Source: Lama glama
Taxonomy: Eukaryota
Direction: 5' to 3'
Length of the DNA: 64,000 nt
Assembly (NCBI GenBank): GCA_028534125.1
Contig: CM052837.1
Location: forward strand, 14,694,001 to 14,758,000
The translations under genes and the position numbers were made by a program. Of this stretch, positions 1 to 12,087 are shown piece after piece. The notes under the pieces are model-generated. The model searched no databases and was not told the origin of the DNA. It saw only the letters and a list, made by a program, of their open reading frames with translations. How positions within the stretch are numbered: position 1 is the stretch's first letter; the number at the start of each line of letters is the position of its first letter.

Positions 1-775
1 GATGCAGACTGTAAACCTGTCATACGAGGCGCAAGGCCTTCTCTGGTGACTAGGCTTTGGACAGCCTCTAAGAGCCAGAGGTAGGGTTGGAGAAAATGAA
101 TCTAAAGCCCAGCCCTAAAGCTATCCCTCCTAAGCTGATCAACATACTCAACAGCCCAGTGTGGTATCAGGGTGACTCAAGGCCATCCTGGAGAAAGACT
201 GTCATGAATTGAGATTCCTCTCCGGGACCTGATCCAGGACTCAGGACTGGTCCTGGCTGTGGCCCAGTGATGGAGCTGGCCAGGCATGGACTTGGCAGCC
301 ACAGAAAGAAAAGGAACAGTCAGAAAGCTGCCTGAAGAATCAGGTCAGGGTCTCACATTTCCTTGCACCCTGCAGGGTCTCAGTTCATACAGCTTCCTCT
401 GGTGACTCAGGAGGAGGACCAAAAACCCAGGGGAATGAGGGACTAGAAACGCCAGGGGAGAAAAGCCTCTCTGAGTTTTTTCTTGGCTAATGACCCAATC
501 GTTTCTTCCAGGATGTCCTGGATCCAAGGTGAGATGTTTCATTACTAGGCAGAGTGTGTGCCTTAGGCACACCCCTGAGTTCATCGGAGGCTTCCAGGCA
601 CACCGAAGTGTGGTAGGCATGTCGGCCTGGGTTCTGTCTGGATGAATGACTGGCACAGGAGCTACAACAGGTGGACAGCCTAGGTTCAAACACAGAGCTC
701 TAGCAGAGCAGATCCTCTGCTGGTTATACCTGTATGAAGGGTCATCCAGCCAGCCTATTTAATTTCTCCACTCAC

Positions 776-873
776 CTCCTTCCTCTCTTTCAGATTGGTC
801 ACCATGACGATGGTGGCTGTGTTTTGTTCCCAGATCATCCTCCAGAAATCATTCACCGTTTCTTCTTTTGGTC
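776..873 (-). CDS. PTPRA: PTPRA D1 exon [33 protein letters not shown]
   Basis: Inside ORF 755..1000. ttttag|GA...GAG|gtgagt, 98 nt. DFWxMxW and IVMxT motifs. Confidence 0.97.
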
Positions 874-1259
874 CTAAAATAGCCAACAGCAAAGATGAGA
901 ACACATCCCAAGGGAAGAAAGATACTGGGAAATTAGGAACATTCATTTCTGACTTTTGGAAGCCTGTGCCCACATGTCCCCAGCTAAATATCCAATCCAT
1001 CTATCTTCCACCCACCTACTAACTGAGTATTTCCCACGTATCCACCATGTACGCGCCAGGCACCTCACTAGGAAGTGAAGTGGGGATGTGAGGTTGTCAG
1101 AATAAAGAGAACGTGAACAATCGCTCCCAAGGATATTACAGCTGAGGACTAGAAATCATGACTCCTATGTCATGGGCCAGATAGAGAGCTGTGTGCTTTA
1201 TACCTCATTTACTCCTTCCTGCCATGCTCTGAGGGGTTTACCATCAGCCAGAGGGGTGG

Positions 1260-1950
1260 GGTAAATTGCTCAGGCTGGAATTTAAAATTTACCTCCCACA
1301 CAGCCTTTCTAGAAAGCCACTAGAAGATTTCTAAACAATGAGGGCACAAAGAGAGAGGGGAAAAAATGGGATCTAACACAGGAAAGAGGCTAACAGAACA
1401 CCCAGGGTGTTGGTAAAGGGAAGGCACAGGATAATTACTCTGTCAGAGGCTAGAGAGCAACCAATCCAGAGTAGAACTGACGGAAGAAGGTTCTAGAAGG
1501 ATCCCAAGATAAAAACATTAAAAAAAAAATTAAGGCTCATGTATCTAAAGGTATCAGAGAAAATATATACTTCCAGCAAAGAGTTTGCAGGAAAAAAAAT
1601 CAGTGCTAGCAATATAAAAAACTAAATGAATAGGGGAAAGGCAATTATTAACTCTTGGGAAAGAGGAAAACCAAAACTGTACCCCCAAAAATCATGATAC
1701 TATGTGCTTCAGCTGTGACTAATACTGGCATAGTAATAAGAATGTAAATAACAAGTACTATCTTAATCCCAAATTGTGATTTGACTCCACTGGGAAAATT
1801 GGGAAAAGGGACATGCAAGTCTGACTGAGTCTGAGGTGGTTTGTAAGAGGATTAAATAAGTTGTCATCTATGATAAGAAGTCAACAGATAAAAATGGTTC
1901 CACTAAATTAAAAAAGAGGAAAGTGGGGAAAACTTTGTTTTTGAAGACTT
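1260..1950 (+). mobile_element. HAL1-like LINE fragment
   Basis: Motif caggataattactctgtcagaggctagagagcaaccaatccag resembles HAL1; similar to 38360-39300. Confidence 0.55.
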
Positions 1951-2049
1951 TGTACTACCTTTTGACTTTCTTAAACTTTGTATTCCCTTTGGTAAAAAGA
2001 AAAGGAGGCATAAGGAGAAGGGGCACTCTAAGCAGAGGGGCAGGAGGCT

Positions 2050-2570
2050 GGCAGCAAGAAAGCGCATGAGACACCCAGGGACTGCAAGGAGTTGACTGAG
2101 TCACTGGATAGGGTGCGTGGAGGGGTAGAAGATGGAGCCAGAAGATAGGTAAGGTACCAGAATCTAAAGAGGTGGTGGCCAGGCTAAGGAAGTCTTGTTT
2201 CACAGATAACGAAAGATCATTACAGGATTTTCATGAGAGTCCAACAGAAGTTTTACAGTAAGAAAGGCCATTCTGGTGGAAGGAATGCAGTAGAAAGAAT
2301 AAGAGCCAGAGAAAGAATATTTTACAAAGTGAGAAAAATCAAGAGAGCTGATGAATGCCAGGAAGTAACAGAGGAGAGTTTCAAGGAGTATGAAGTACCG
2401 TAGAGAGGTTCAAGAGGGTAGGAGTCTGAGAAAAGGCCCATCAGGAAATCAAAGGTGATCTTAATTAACAAGTACTTTAGCATCAACAAGACCTCATGAC
2501 AAACAGAGACGAAGAGACTGCATGTGGTTGTTGGTGCCAGAAACATCATGAGTAGGTAGGTGGGCTTTGA
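2050..2570 (-). mobile_element. L2 fragment
   Basis: Purine-rich degenerate L2 reverse-strand pattern. Confidence 0.45.
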
Positions 2571-2916
2571 TGGACCAAATTAACATCAATTCCTCTATAG
2601 TGCTGCAAACATCAAGATATTTTCACAAGGATCCCAAAGGTGAGGACACTTGTACAGAACTTCAGGCTGTAGAAACGTGTGCAGAGCACATGTAGGACCA
2701 TGGCATTGGGTCCCTGCTCTGGGGGTTCCTAGACCACTTATCTGTGGATGCTGGCGGAGCTCAGGCCCACGAATGGGAGGAGAAGATAAGTCAGCCTGGA
2801 CCCTGTAAGATGGCCAGGCCAGTCCTCTTTGGAGAGTAAATCCAAATTCAAAATCTGAGCAGCCTGGCTTGAACCTAAGGTTCCCAAAGGGCCCCAAGAT
2901 AGAGGACCTCATTACA

Positions 2917-2945
2917 CTGTGCGTGTCTGTGTGTGTGTGTTATAT
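2917..2945. repeat. Imperfect (TG)n microsatellite
   Basis: tgtgcgtgtctgtgtgtgtgtgttatata seen directly. Confidence 0.7.
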
Positions 2946-3185
2946 AGTCTTTACCAGTATTATTTATGCACATAAAGAAAAGAACTTCTCTTAAAGGATC
3001 CCTGGATACTAAATCATCAAGATGAAGGTCCTTAGTTATAAACCTGCAAGGCAGGTTACATTTCTTTCAGCGGGTAATAATTACAGAAAAGCTAATGTAC
3101 TCTGATTAATCTACTTAACATTTGGAAGAAAAAACCCAAACCCACTCATGGTTAAGACCAAGAGCAAAAAATTATTTTACTTTAC

Positions 3186-3222
3186 CTTGTGCAGCAATGA
3201 ATTTGTTCTTTTCTTGGTAGCC
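3186..3222 (-). CDS. PTPRA: PTPRA D1 exon GYQEKNKFIAAQ(G)
   Basis: End of ORF 3172..3429. ccccag|GGC...CAAG|gtaaag, 37 nt. IAxQGP motif. Confidence 0.95.
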
Positions 3223-4129
3223 CTGGGGGTGGGGTGGGGGAGGAATGGAGGAGAAAAAGAAAATGAAAACCAAAAATTGACAGGAATGAAATTCTCTATA
3301 TTCCCAACCAGTTAACAGAGGCCCCAGGCAATTAACAAGGATTTGCATTCTAGAAATTTTCATGGGATTAATTTTGGACAGCAGGAATCGAAGATTACAA
3401 AGATTACATGGTCTAGGTTGTCTTTTCAAGGTGAATTATTAATGAACAGTGGTACAAGGACCTCCAAACACCAACTCCCAGGCTAGACCGTGTTTCTGCT
3501 GCTTCCTCAGCAGCTGTCAGTCTGGGTCTTGGTATTAATGGACAAGAACCCTTCACATTAGAAACGTATGTAATGGATCTGGGGATGAGGCTGGGCCCAC
3601 ACTGGGAATTAAACATCTCAATAAAGCCATTAAAAATGCTCTAAAACAATTACAGTGATGGCAGCTTAATTTGGTAACCTTACTAAAAATCACTGAATTC
3701 TACATTTTAAGTGTCTGAATTTTTCTTATGTAAATTATACCTCAATAATGTTGGGAGGAACAAAAAGAGTTTGGCAAGTGTAACTGGCAGCCCACAACAA
3801 ATGGCCTTAATTTTGCTTCAGCAAAGGCTGTTTCTGCCCCTAAACTCCAAGTCCAAGGTACAGCCGCTCCCTCTTTCCCACTGGATCTCTCATACGCAGT
3901 TAACCCTGCTGACCACCAAACATTTTCTCCCTGCTTTACTCTGTGCCCTCTGCACTGCTCTTCTCTCCTGGTCTCCTTCTGTCTCACTAATGAGCACCTC
4001 TTGCCCAATGTGTCTTGGCAGAGGCTCGTGGGCCCCAGGGCTCACTCTTCTTTCTCTAATGGCTTCCAAGGCCATGGCTCTGGAATACGTCCTCTGAGCT
4101 CCAGATCAATGCCCAACTATGCGGGATAC

Positions 4130-5290
4130 ATCCACGTGGATTACACTATACTCCATGTATACTCTACAGAGTATCTCATATACAATCAGTCACCATGTCC
4201 TGCTAAATTCTACCTCCAAAGTAGTTTTTACTTTGATGCTTCCTTTCCAACCCTCTACCCTCAGCCTCTGTGGCCTGCTATTGTAACAGTCCTCAGCTGG
4301 CCCTTCCTAAATCCATGTTGCACACGGTAACCTGAGCGATCAATATACAAATGTGGCCATGTCACTTCTTGTCTTTAAACACCTTTCCATGTTACCCCAT
4401 TGCCTAGAATCAAAACACTTAGCTGTATGAAACTTTGCAGATACCATTAGGTGGCTCAATCAGCATCCAGTTCCACCAGCTTCTAGCTTGACATTCTTTC
4501 TATAGAGGCTAAACAACAAAAAGCTGAATTCCCTAGACTCCCTTGCAGCTTGGTTCTGCACAAGACCTAGCTTCTTCCTAGCAGTCCCATGAAAGACTTG
4601 ACGCAGAAGTGAGCAACGCGAGTGGTGATGTGCTAGGAAGATCTGGTCTCTGGGCAGGCATGGCGGTGGAAGCACTGAGTTCTCCTGCAGCACCTGTGCA
4701 GGGGTTTCACTCCGAGTCATGTGGGGTAGCTGGGGTCATCCCAAGCTGCGCCGTTCCTCCCTGAGCAGCATCTTGTGGCTCTCCCATTGGTTCTGTAAGC
4801 TACCCAGTATCTTATAATAAAGACTTACTGCTTAAAAGAGTAGACAAAAAGTGGACTCTGCTGTCTGTAATTAAGAACCCCAATAGACACATCTGACATT
4901 CAATACCTTCTAAGATTGAGTTCCTACCAATCCCCCAAGCCTCATCCCCCACGATTCACCGTGTATATTATAACTGAGACTGTTTCCACTCTGACTTTGT
5001 TCATGGTTCTCTTTTTGCTGCCCATTTTTCTTCTCTTGAACTCAGACTTAGCCTTTAACATTAAGCTTTACTGGGTCACCAGGTTGGCTGAATGTTTCTT
5101 TCTCTAAGTCCCAAAGCACTTGGCAATACCTCCTGCATACTAGTTGCACCCTACAGAAAACGATCTATCTGTGTGTCACACTAGGGACCATATCTTATCT
5201 CTGTAACCTCTGCCTACCTCCAGTTCTCTACACACAGCAGGTGATCAAAAACTGTTGATAGAATTTAATAAACTGTGGAACCTAAATCTT
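4130..5290 (+). mobile_element. L2 fragments interrupted by an LTR
   Basis: L2 motif catgtcacttc...ccccattgcc and a 3' end cagcaggtgatcaaaaactgttga. Confidence 0.55.
4450..4890 (+). mobile_element. ERVL solo LTR (LTR33-like)
   Basis: ttccctagactcccttgcagct, aataaa at about 4817, end tgtctgtaattaagaaccc. Confidence 0.6.
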
Positions 5291-5609
5291 CTTTAATCCC
5301 TGACTCTTACTCATGGTTAATCATAGGTTTTTCCTGCTTTTGTACTTTCAGTGAGTTCGTAAGTGCACCAAATTTAACTCCCTTCATCTAAACTTTCATA
5401 GTACCTACTAATAACTCTCCAATAACCATCAAGGATGCCCCACTGTGAGCTCCCACTAAGCATGGCCAAAGGAGAAGGCTTGTTTCCTCCTAGTGCCTTG
5501 CTTACCGTGACCATGAATAGACCCATCTTACCTGCTTAACAGCCTTAACATCCAAGTAACTTTTGTCTGTCTCCACCTTCAATGTGGGAAGGAGCCAAAC
5601 TGGTTACGG

Positions 5610-6170
5610 TAACAGACACTGCTGGTTACTAACTCAAAAGCTATTCCTCCCTTTTCTTCCTTGCCATCAAAACCATGCTTTTGTTTGGACATTTACCTTC
5701 CACTGGCTTGGAAGGGGACCATTCCTCAGCCCTAGAAGGGTAAATCATAATTCTCCATGCCTTAGCCAGTGACTGGAGAGAGGGTATAAGCAAGTAATCC
5801 AATCCTGGCTTGCTGGCTATTAAGGGTACTGTACTGGAGAGGCTTCTGGGAAAGGTCATGCTTCCTAATAAAGAGAAAAGCATATGCAGAAACGCTCCTC
5901 TTCTATGTTGTTTGTTGTGTTTACAAGGAATGCTTGGAACTGCTGCAGCCACTTCGTGACCATGAGACATTGCTGACAGGCTGAAGATATCTGAGTAGAA
6001 AGATGGAAACACCTGGTTTCTTAATGACGTCACTGAGTCACAGACTAAGACAACTCTAGAACTGCTCTATATCTGCCGTCAGATTATATGAGAAATAAAT
6101 GTTCCTGTCTAGACCACTTTTAGCTGAGTGTCCCCTTACCTGCAGATGGAAAGCTTTTGACCGATACCAC
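5610..6170 (+). mobile_element. ERVL solo LTR (LTR16-like)
   Basis: ggaactgctgcagccacttcgtgaccatgag, cctggtttcttaatgac and aataaa. Confidence 0.65.
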
Positions 6171-6944
6171 TATGCTTGTCCATATAACATTAAAGTCAAC
6201 CTGTTCCTCCCAACCTCTTCATCACAACCTTTGATCTAAGTCCTGGGAATCCTAGCTGGTTATTAGCCTTTCTCCACTTTCTCTATTTACCATGTCAGTC
6301 ACTTCGACCAGGGTTCCTTTCCTTCTAACTACAAACATGACCAACGCTATGAAACATACTCAGGAAATCCACTCTAGTGAGGCTGCCTGGACTGCTCTAT
6401 TTCTCAAGCCCATCTGACAGCCTATTTTTTAGCCACCAGTCTCTGGCTCTTCCATCCTTCTCCTTTTCTTACCCCAAGACTACTCTTACTTTCTTGAGAC
6501 CTAGTCCTTGATCTCTTCCTTTCTCTACTGAATCTGAAGCTGTTGGCTGACTACTTGAAGCAGCAGCTGACTTCCCTAAGCCCCTCTGTCTGAGTACCAC
6601 ATGCTTTCTGCATATTCCCAGTCCTAGGGTACAGCTGGAGAAAATCACACAACTGAGGCCCCTGGACACCAATGATTCCCATCCTAGGGAGGCCTTCAGT
6701 GCATCTAAAAAATGCCTTTTTCATTCCGATTTCAGTATTCTTTCCTACTGATCTTAGTACTCTTTATGTCACAGTCCCATCCCCCTTTCAGCAGATAACC
6801 TTGACTCTGCTTCTTAGAAAAAACAGAGGGGTTCCCTCAGCCTGATTTACCCACACCTACAAACCACCTCTATTTACTCTATATTCCTTTACCATCAATC
6901 TCAGAGGAACAAGTATCCTTCCTTATGTTCAACGCTAACCTCTT

Positions 6945-7430
6945 TTATTTTAAAATTATGGTAGAATATACATAACATAAAACTGATCGCTTTAGCCACT
7001 TTCACGTGTACAGGTCTGTGGCAGTAAGTTTATCACATTGTTGGGCAACCATCAATCACCACCATCGATCTCCAGAACTTTTTTATCTTCCGCAACTGAA
7101 ACTCTCTACCCATTAAAATGATAATTTCCCATTCCCCCCCACCCCGGCAACCTCCATCCTACTTTGTCTTAATGAATCTGACTACTCTAGATACCTCATA
7201 TAAGTGGAATTATACAGTATTTGTCCTTCTGTGACTGCCCTATTTCACTTAGCGTAGTGTCTTCAAGTTCATCTACGTAGCATGTGTCAGAGATTCTTCC
7301 CTTAAGGCTGAAGGTTATGTATACCCACTGCAGGCATATACATTTTACCCATCCATTCTTCCACTGGTGGACACTGGGTTGCTTCCACCTTGTGGTCATT
7401 GTGATCAATGCTGCTGTGAACTTGGTGCAC
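6945..7430 (-). mobile_element. L1MA/L1MB 3' end
   Basis: Typical L1 3'UTR reverse pattern; ORF 7196..7432 resembles the ORF2 C-terminus. Confidence 0.8.
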
Positions 7431-8031
7431 AAACCCCACCAACATTCTTCTCGCGCATCCTGCCTCAGCAGTCAAGCATGCACTCTAGCTGGCTTGCTTG
7501 CTCTCTCTTTCCAAACTCTCTTTACTGGCTCCTTCCCCACAGCCTATAAAACATACTCAAGTCTCTCACCCCAGCTCTAGAAACAGTCTCTAAATGGCCC
7601 TTAAAAATCTCCTTCCAGTTTCAGCTCTTCTGTCTCATCACAGCAGACATGACTAACCAGACTCACCTGGTGTCAGGTATTCTTGTCCTATTTTCCCTGA
7701 CTTTTAGTACAGAGGGCAAGGTGTGCTTTTGTTCTTAGTTATCTCAACAAGCTCAGTAAAGGACTCATTGACTCTTACAGAAAAGTATACATTTAGCTTC
7801 AGATTTCTGTTTGGGAAAACTGTGGGAATGATGACAGGGTAAACGTAAGAATACATTTAAAACTATCTGTTTGATCAATAAAAATTTTTTTCAGTCCCTT
7901 AAAAAAATTAAGATTCCTCAAGGAAAACCTGAAATAACAAATATTCCTCCTAATGTGCAGCTGAGAAGGAGCCAGTAGATGGTAGCCTATGGTCATTCAA
8001 GGTAATAATGAGAAAAGCTCAAGTTCCTTAC

Positions 8032-8108
8032 ATTGATGAATGAAGCATTGATGTAATCAGAATCTGGAACTCCTTCAACTGGTGTCAGATGGACTCTAGA
8101 ATGGTCAT
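8032..8108 (-). CDS. PTPRA: PTPRA D1 exon [26 protein letters not shown]
   Basis: Inside ORF 7993..8214. tttccag|AT...AAT|gtaagg, 77 nt. PTP motifs DxxRVxL and DYINA. Confidence 0.97.
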
Positions 8109-8399
8109 CTGGAAAAAAAAAATTTTTTTCAATTAAATCCAATTTTATTTTTTCACTGGTTCTGGTGCAACCTGACCAGTTGTGGCATCTGTGACTGTGT
8201 GTGCAGACATACACACGTATAAAGATGTCACTGAAGCACTATTTATAACACCAAAAATGTGGACACATCCCAACCATCATTAGAGGACCAACTTAAATAA
8301 AGATATATCCATAATACAGAATAGTAAGCAGGTGATAAAAAGTAAAGTGAATACTTCTGTTTCTTGACAACAGTCAATATATAGTAGGCTTGTTTTTTT

Positions 8400-8690
8400 G
8401 TTTTTGTTTTTACATTTCACTATATTATATCATATTACATTAGTTTCAGGTAAACAGCATTATAGTTCGACATCTGTATAACTACAAGTCTAGCTACCAC
8501 CCATCACCATACAGGAAACACCCTCTTCATCCATTTCGCCCATCCCCAACTCCCTTCCCCTCTAGTAACCACTAATCTGTTCTCTGTATCTATGAGTTTG
8601 TTTTTATGGTGTTTATTTTGTTATTGGATTCCACATAAGTGACAGTATACGGTATTTATCCTTCTCCGTCTGACGTATTTTCCAAAGTAT
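8400..8690 (-). mobile_element. L1 3' end (laurasiatherian type)
   Basis: T-rich tail followed by ctagtaaccactaatctgttctctgtatctatgagtttg. Confidence 0.7.
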
Positions 8691-9337
8691 ATTGGGAAAA
8701 AAAGAGAAAAAGCCAGGGCAATGTACGAAGCATACCAATTATATTTTAAAATGTATATAATATATACATACATTCATACACGAGTAAGACATAAGTATCT
8801 GTAAATGCCTAGTAAGTGGTCTTTAATGTGTTATGCACCCAAAAATATACCAGGAACTTTTTAAAGGATGAATTAAAAAAAAAAGGAAAGTAATTATAAA
8901 AATTAAGCAAAGTTCAAACATTTTGCTGTCACATCCCACTGGATTATGCATGTTCCATTCTAGAGATCACTAGCCTAGAAAAAATGTCTGTTAGGCTATA
9001 AACTGATTAGCAATGGCTAACTCTGGGAAGGAGTTATGATAACTCAGAATTGGAATTTCTTTGCATCATGCACTTCCTATTTAGTCCTAGTGAAACTGTT
9101 CTCCTTAACTCCCACGAACCTTAGGCCGACCACAAAAAACCTAGTGAAGTACCCCAACTGACTTGGTGAGCACCTGGGTTGCCCTGGGAGCCATAAAGCC
9201 TCTTTCAGCCCAAAGTCTTGACCCTACTCTTATCATCAGCCTTCCTATGATCAATCACAAGATTCTTTCTACCCTCAGAATATCTGGTTACAGATGCAGT
9301 TTCAGGTTACATCCCAATAAACCCTATAAACACTCAC

Positions 9338-9428
9338 AAGGTAAGATGTTTACGTATCGATTTTTTTCCTTGTTCTCCTCTTTGGAGGCAGCTTCACAGG
9401 TGGCCTGGATAGGACAAGCAGGGAGAGC
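9338..9428 (-). CDS. PTPRA: PTPRA D1 exon [30 protein letters not shown] (KNRY pTyr-recognition loop)
   Basis: tttcag|GCTCTCCCT...CCTT|gtgagt, 91 nt. Translated by hand; absent from the ORF track. Confidence 0.96.
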
Positions 9429-10019
9429 CTGAAAGGTTAAGAGAAATTAGGAGTTATTAACAGGGAAAAACACCAAACACACAAACTGCTGCATCATACT
9501 CTGACCTGGCAGTAAGTTCTACCTTTTCTTCAGGGAAAAAATGGGCCCAGGTGACTACTTGTAGCCTAATACAGACAGTGCACCTTGCCTCTAAATAGAC
9601 TCCAAGCTCCTCAGAGTTTGAATCCCCAGAGCGCAGCATGCTCTTTATATTACTACGTGGTTAGGGGCCTGTTACAATGTTGGGAAAAATGGACCACCCC
9701 AGTATATAGGACTGTGGACATTTAAGGAAGTGATGCGTCCCAGAGTACACCACACAGGAGGGCTCTGGACGGTGAGCTGAACTAGGGGCCTGACTGCGGG
9801 GTATGGCAGTCCAGGCTCTAGCAGCATGTGGTCAGGAAGCAAGGACAGGTGGGTGGGTGAGGAGGGCATTTCACATGGATGCAGCAGCAGTTAGGAAGCA
9901 GAGGATCTGGCTGCGGTGATACTGAGTCTGTAGCAGTTTTGGAGCAAACGTAAATCAGCTAGCACTGGGAGGGATGTGAACATATATATATAAAGGGTTT
10001 GACATGAGACAGTCTGGAT

Positions 10020-10160
10020 TGTATGAACTTGAGCAGATCTGTTAAGCTTTCTTAGACAAAGTTTCCCGTAAAATTGGGATAACAGTATCTGCTACATAAG
10101 GAGTAAATAAGATAATCTCACATCTGGCACAGAACAAGCACTCAATAAATTAATTTCATA
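10020..10160 (+). mobile_element. MIR SINE
   Basis: Core agtttcccgtaaaattgggataacagtatct...ctggcacagaacaagcactcaataaat. Confidence 0.65.
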
Positions 10161-10474
10161 GGAGTAGGAAGCTAAACTTTATTATTTGAACTATTTTCTC
10201 CTTCTGTGTTCTATATATTCAAAACTAAAAGCAAAAAGAGAAGTAGTTTAAAATTCCAACCTAGACAACCTTTCAGATAAGTTATATGGAAATGTTTTAC
10301 AAGCCTTAAAAGTATTCCTACCCTTTGACCTAGCAACTCTGGATTCTAGACTAAATAAACAAAAATCTCTATGTTCAAATTATTTACTTCATCACTGTTT
10401 AGGATGACCCAAAACTGAAAACAACCTTAGTATTCAGCAGTAGGGGAACAGTTAAGTAAATTATGGTTCATGTA

Positions 10475-11230
10475 TTATTTTTCATTAATTCTTTCAACAA
10501 ATATATAATGTATACCTGTTAGGTATCAGGTTAGGCACAGAGCAAACAGTGGTGAATCAATCATATACACAGTTCTTGCTCTCATGGACAATACAAACTT
10601 GTGAGTGCAAGATGGACATCAGACAAATAAATACAGAATTATATACCACCAAAAATGCAACAGAAGAACAGAATGCTATTATAGAAAATATCAGAAAGCT
10701 CAAGAAATATCCCAATACAGATTAAGGGTAGGTCTCTGTGAGAAAGGATGAGTATGGAAAATAGCATTCCAGGCACAGAGAAGAGCATGTGTGATGACCC
10801 ACAGGCAGGAGGAGGCTTGGTTTGTGTGAGGAAATTAAGTGCCAGTAAGGGTGTTACATAGACAGTGTGGTTGGTGGGGATGTCAGGAGGAAGGGGGAGA
10901 AGATGAGATTGACAAGGTTAGATCATTATGTCCATGTAGGTCCCCAAATAGAAAGTCTGAATTTTACTTTAAGTGCATGAGGAAATCATTCAAGGTTTTT
11001 AAACTGCAATCCACCTTATGGGTTAAAGAATCACTCAGGCCGCTATATGGAAAGTGGATTGGGAGGAAGGTAAGAACAGAAGTGTGGGATGATGATGGCA
11101 CAAGGAAACAGATGCATTTGGGATATATTATAAAGTCAGAATTACCAGATTTAGAGATAGAGTGAACAGAAGGTAAGTTGGGCAGAGAAAGAGACAGGAA
11201 TTAAGGATGACTCTCAGGTTTCTAGCTTGG
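10475..11230 (-). mobile_element. L2 fragment
   Basis: ttcaacaaatat start; gcattccaggcacagagaagagcatgtg; gatgactctcaggtttctagcttgg. Confidence 0.7.
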
Positions 11231-12087
11231 ATAATAATTTAAAAAGATTAAATAAAAGAAATGCCAGCCTAAAAGGAACCAATTTTGCCAGGTGGAAGCA
11301 CGAGTGTCAGGAAGAAGCAAATAAATTTGTTGGGAACCAGCAAGATAGTGGTAGGAAAAATTAAAGCGGAAGACCCTAAGATAACAAGAGTCAAGGTCTC
11401 AAAGTCCATCTACCTTCACTTACTCAAGAGATTTTCTTTTCAGTTAAAACCCTGGAGGTTCTGCATGTTATTATACTAAGAAATGCAACTTCCCAGTTCA
11501 CCCACAGTCTGCCTTCTTTTCATCCAGATAGGCCAGATTTCCACAAGTTTCCATCTTGCACAGGGCAGGATGAGATACAAGTTTTTAAAAAGCCCTCGTG
11601 AGTAACCCTGAGGCACTGTTCTTCCTGGACATCCCTTGTCTCAAATGACGTAGAACAGAGGCGGTGACAACAAGATTCCTGAAAATAGTCCTCAGGGAGA
11701 GTAACGACAATGCCAGCCCCTCAAAGCCCAGTCAGCACCCCTAGCTCCCCCCGCCAGTCACGATGAAGAAAACATGGGTCGCCAGCTAGGCTGAGGCTCC
11801 TAAAAGGAAAGTTAGGAAGAAACAGGAGCCATTCACTGTTTGGCAAGATAAAATAAAGGGTTTGCTCCAGAGAACATCGTGCTAGATGCACAATGTCAGA
11901 CTGTAGAGCCTAGGTGAGGGATGAAAACAAGGGGAATCCGACCCCTTTTAGTTTCTACTCTGAGAAGCCTAGCCTGGAAAGCCGGGCAGAAACAGCTGAA
12001 CCAAGAGCCTAAGATGTTAAATACGCTGCAAACGCTAGGTGGCATCAAAGACCATTTCATCCCTTTACTGGGGAAGCAAGGCTAAGG

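Noticed and set aside
8109-9337. Equivalent of the 108-nt D1 insertion I recall from mouse Ptpra at the NILP/YDHS junction
   Set aside because: No matching peptide or convincing 108-nt exon found by eye.
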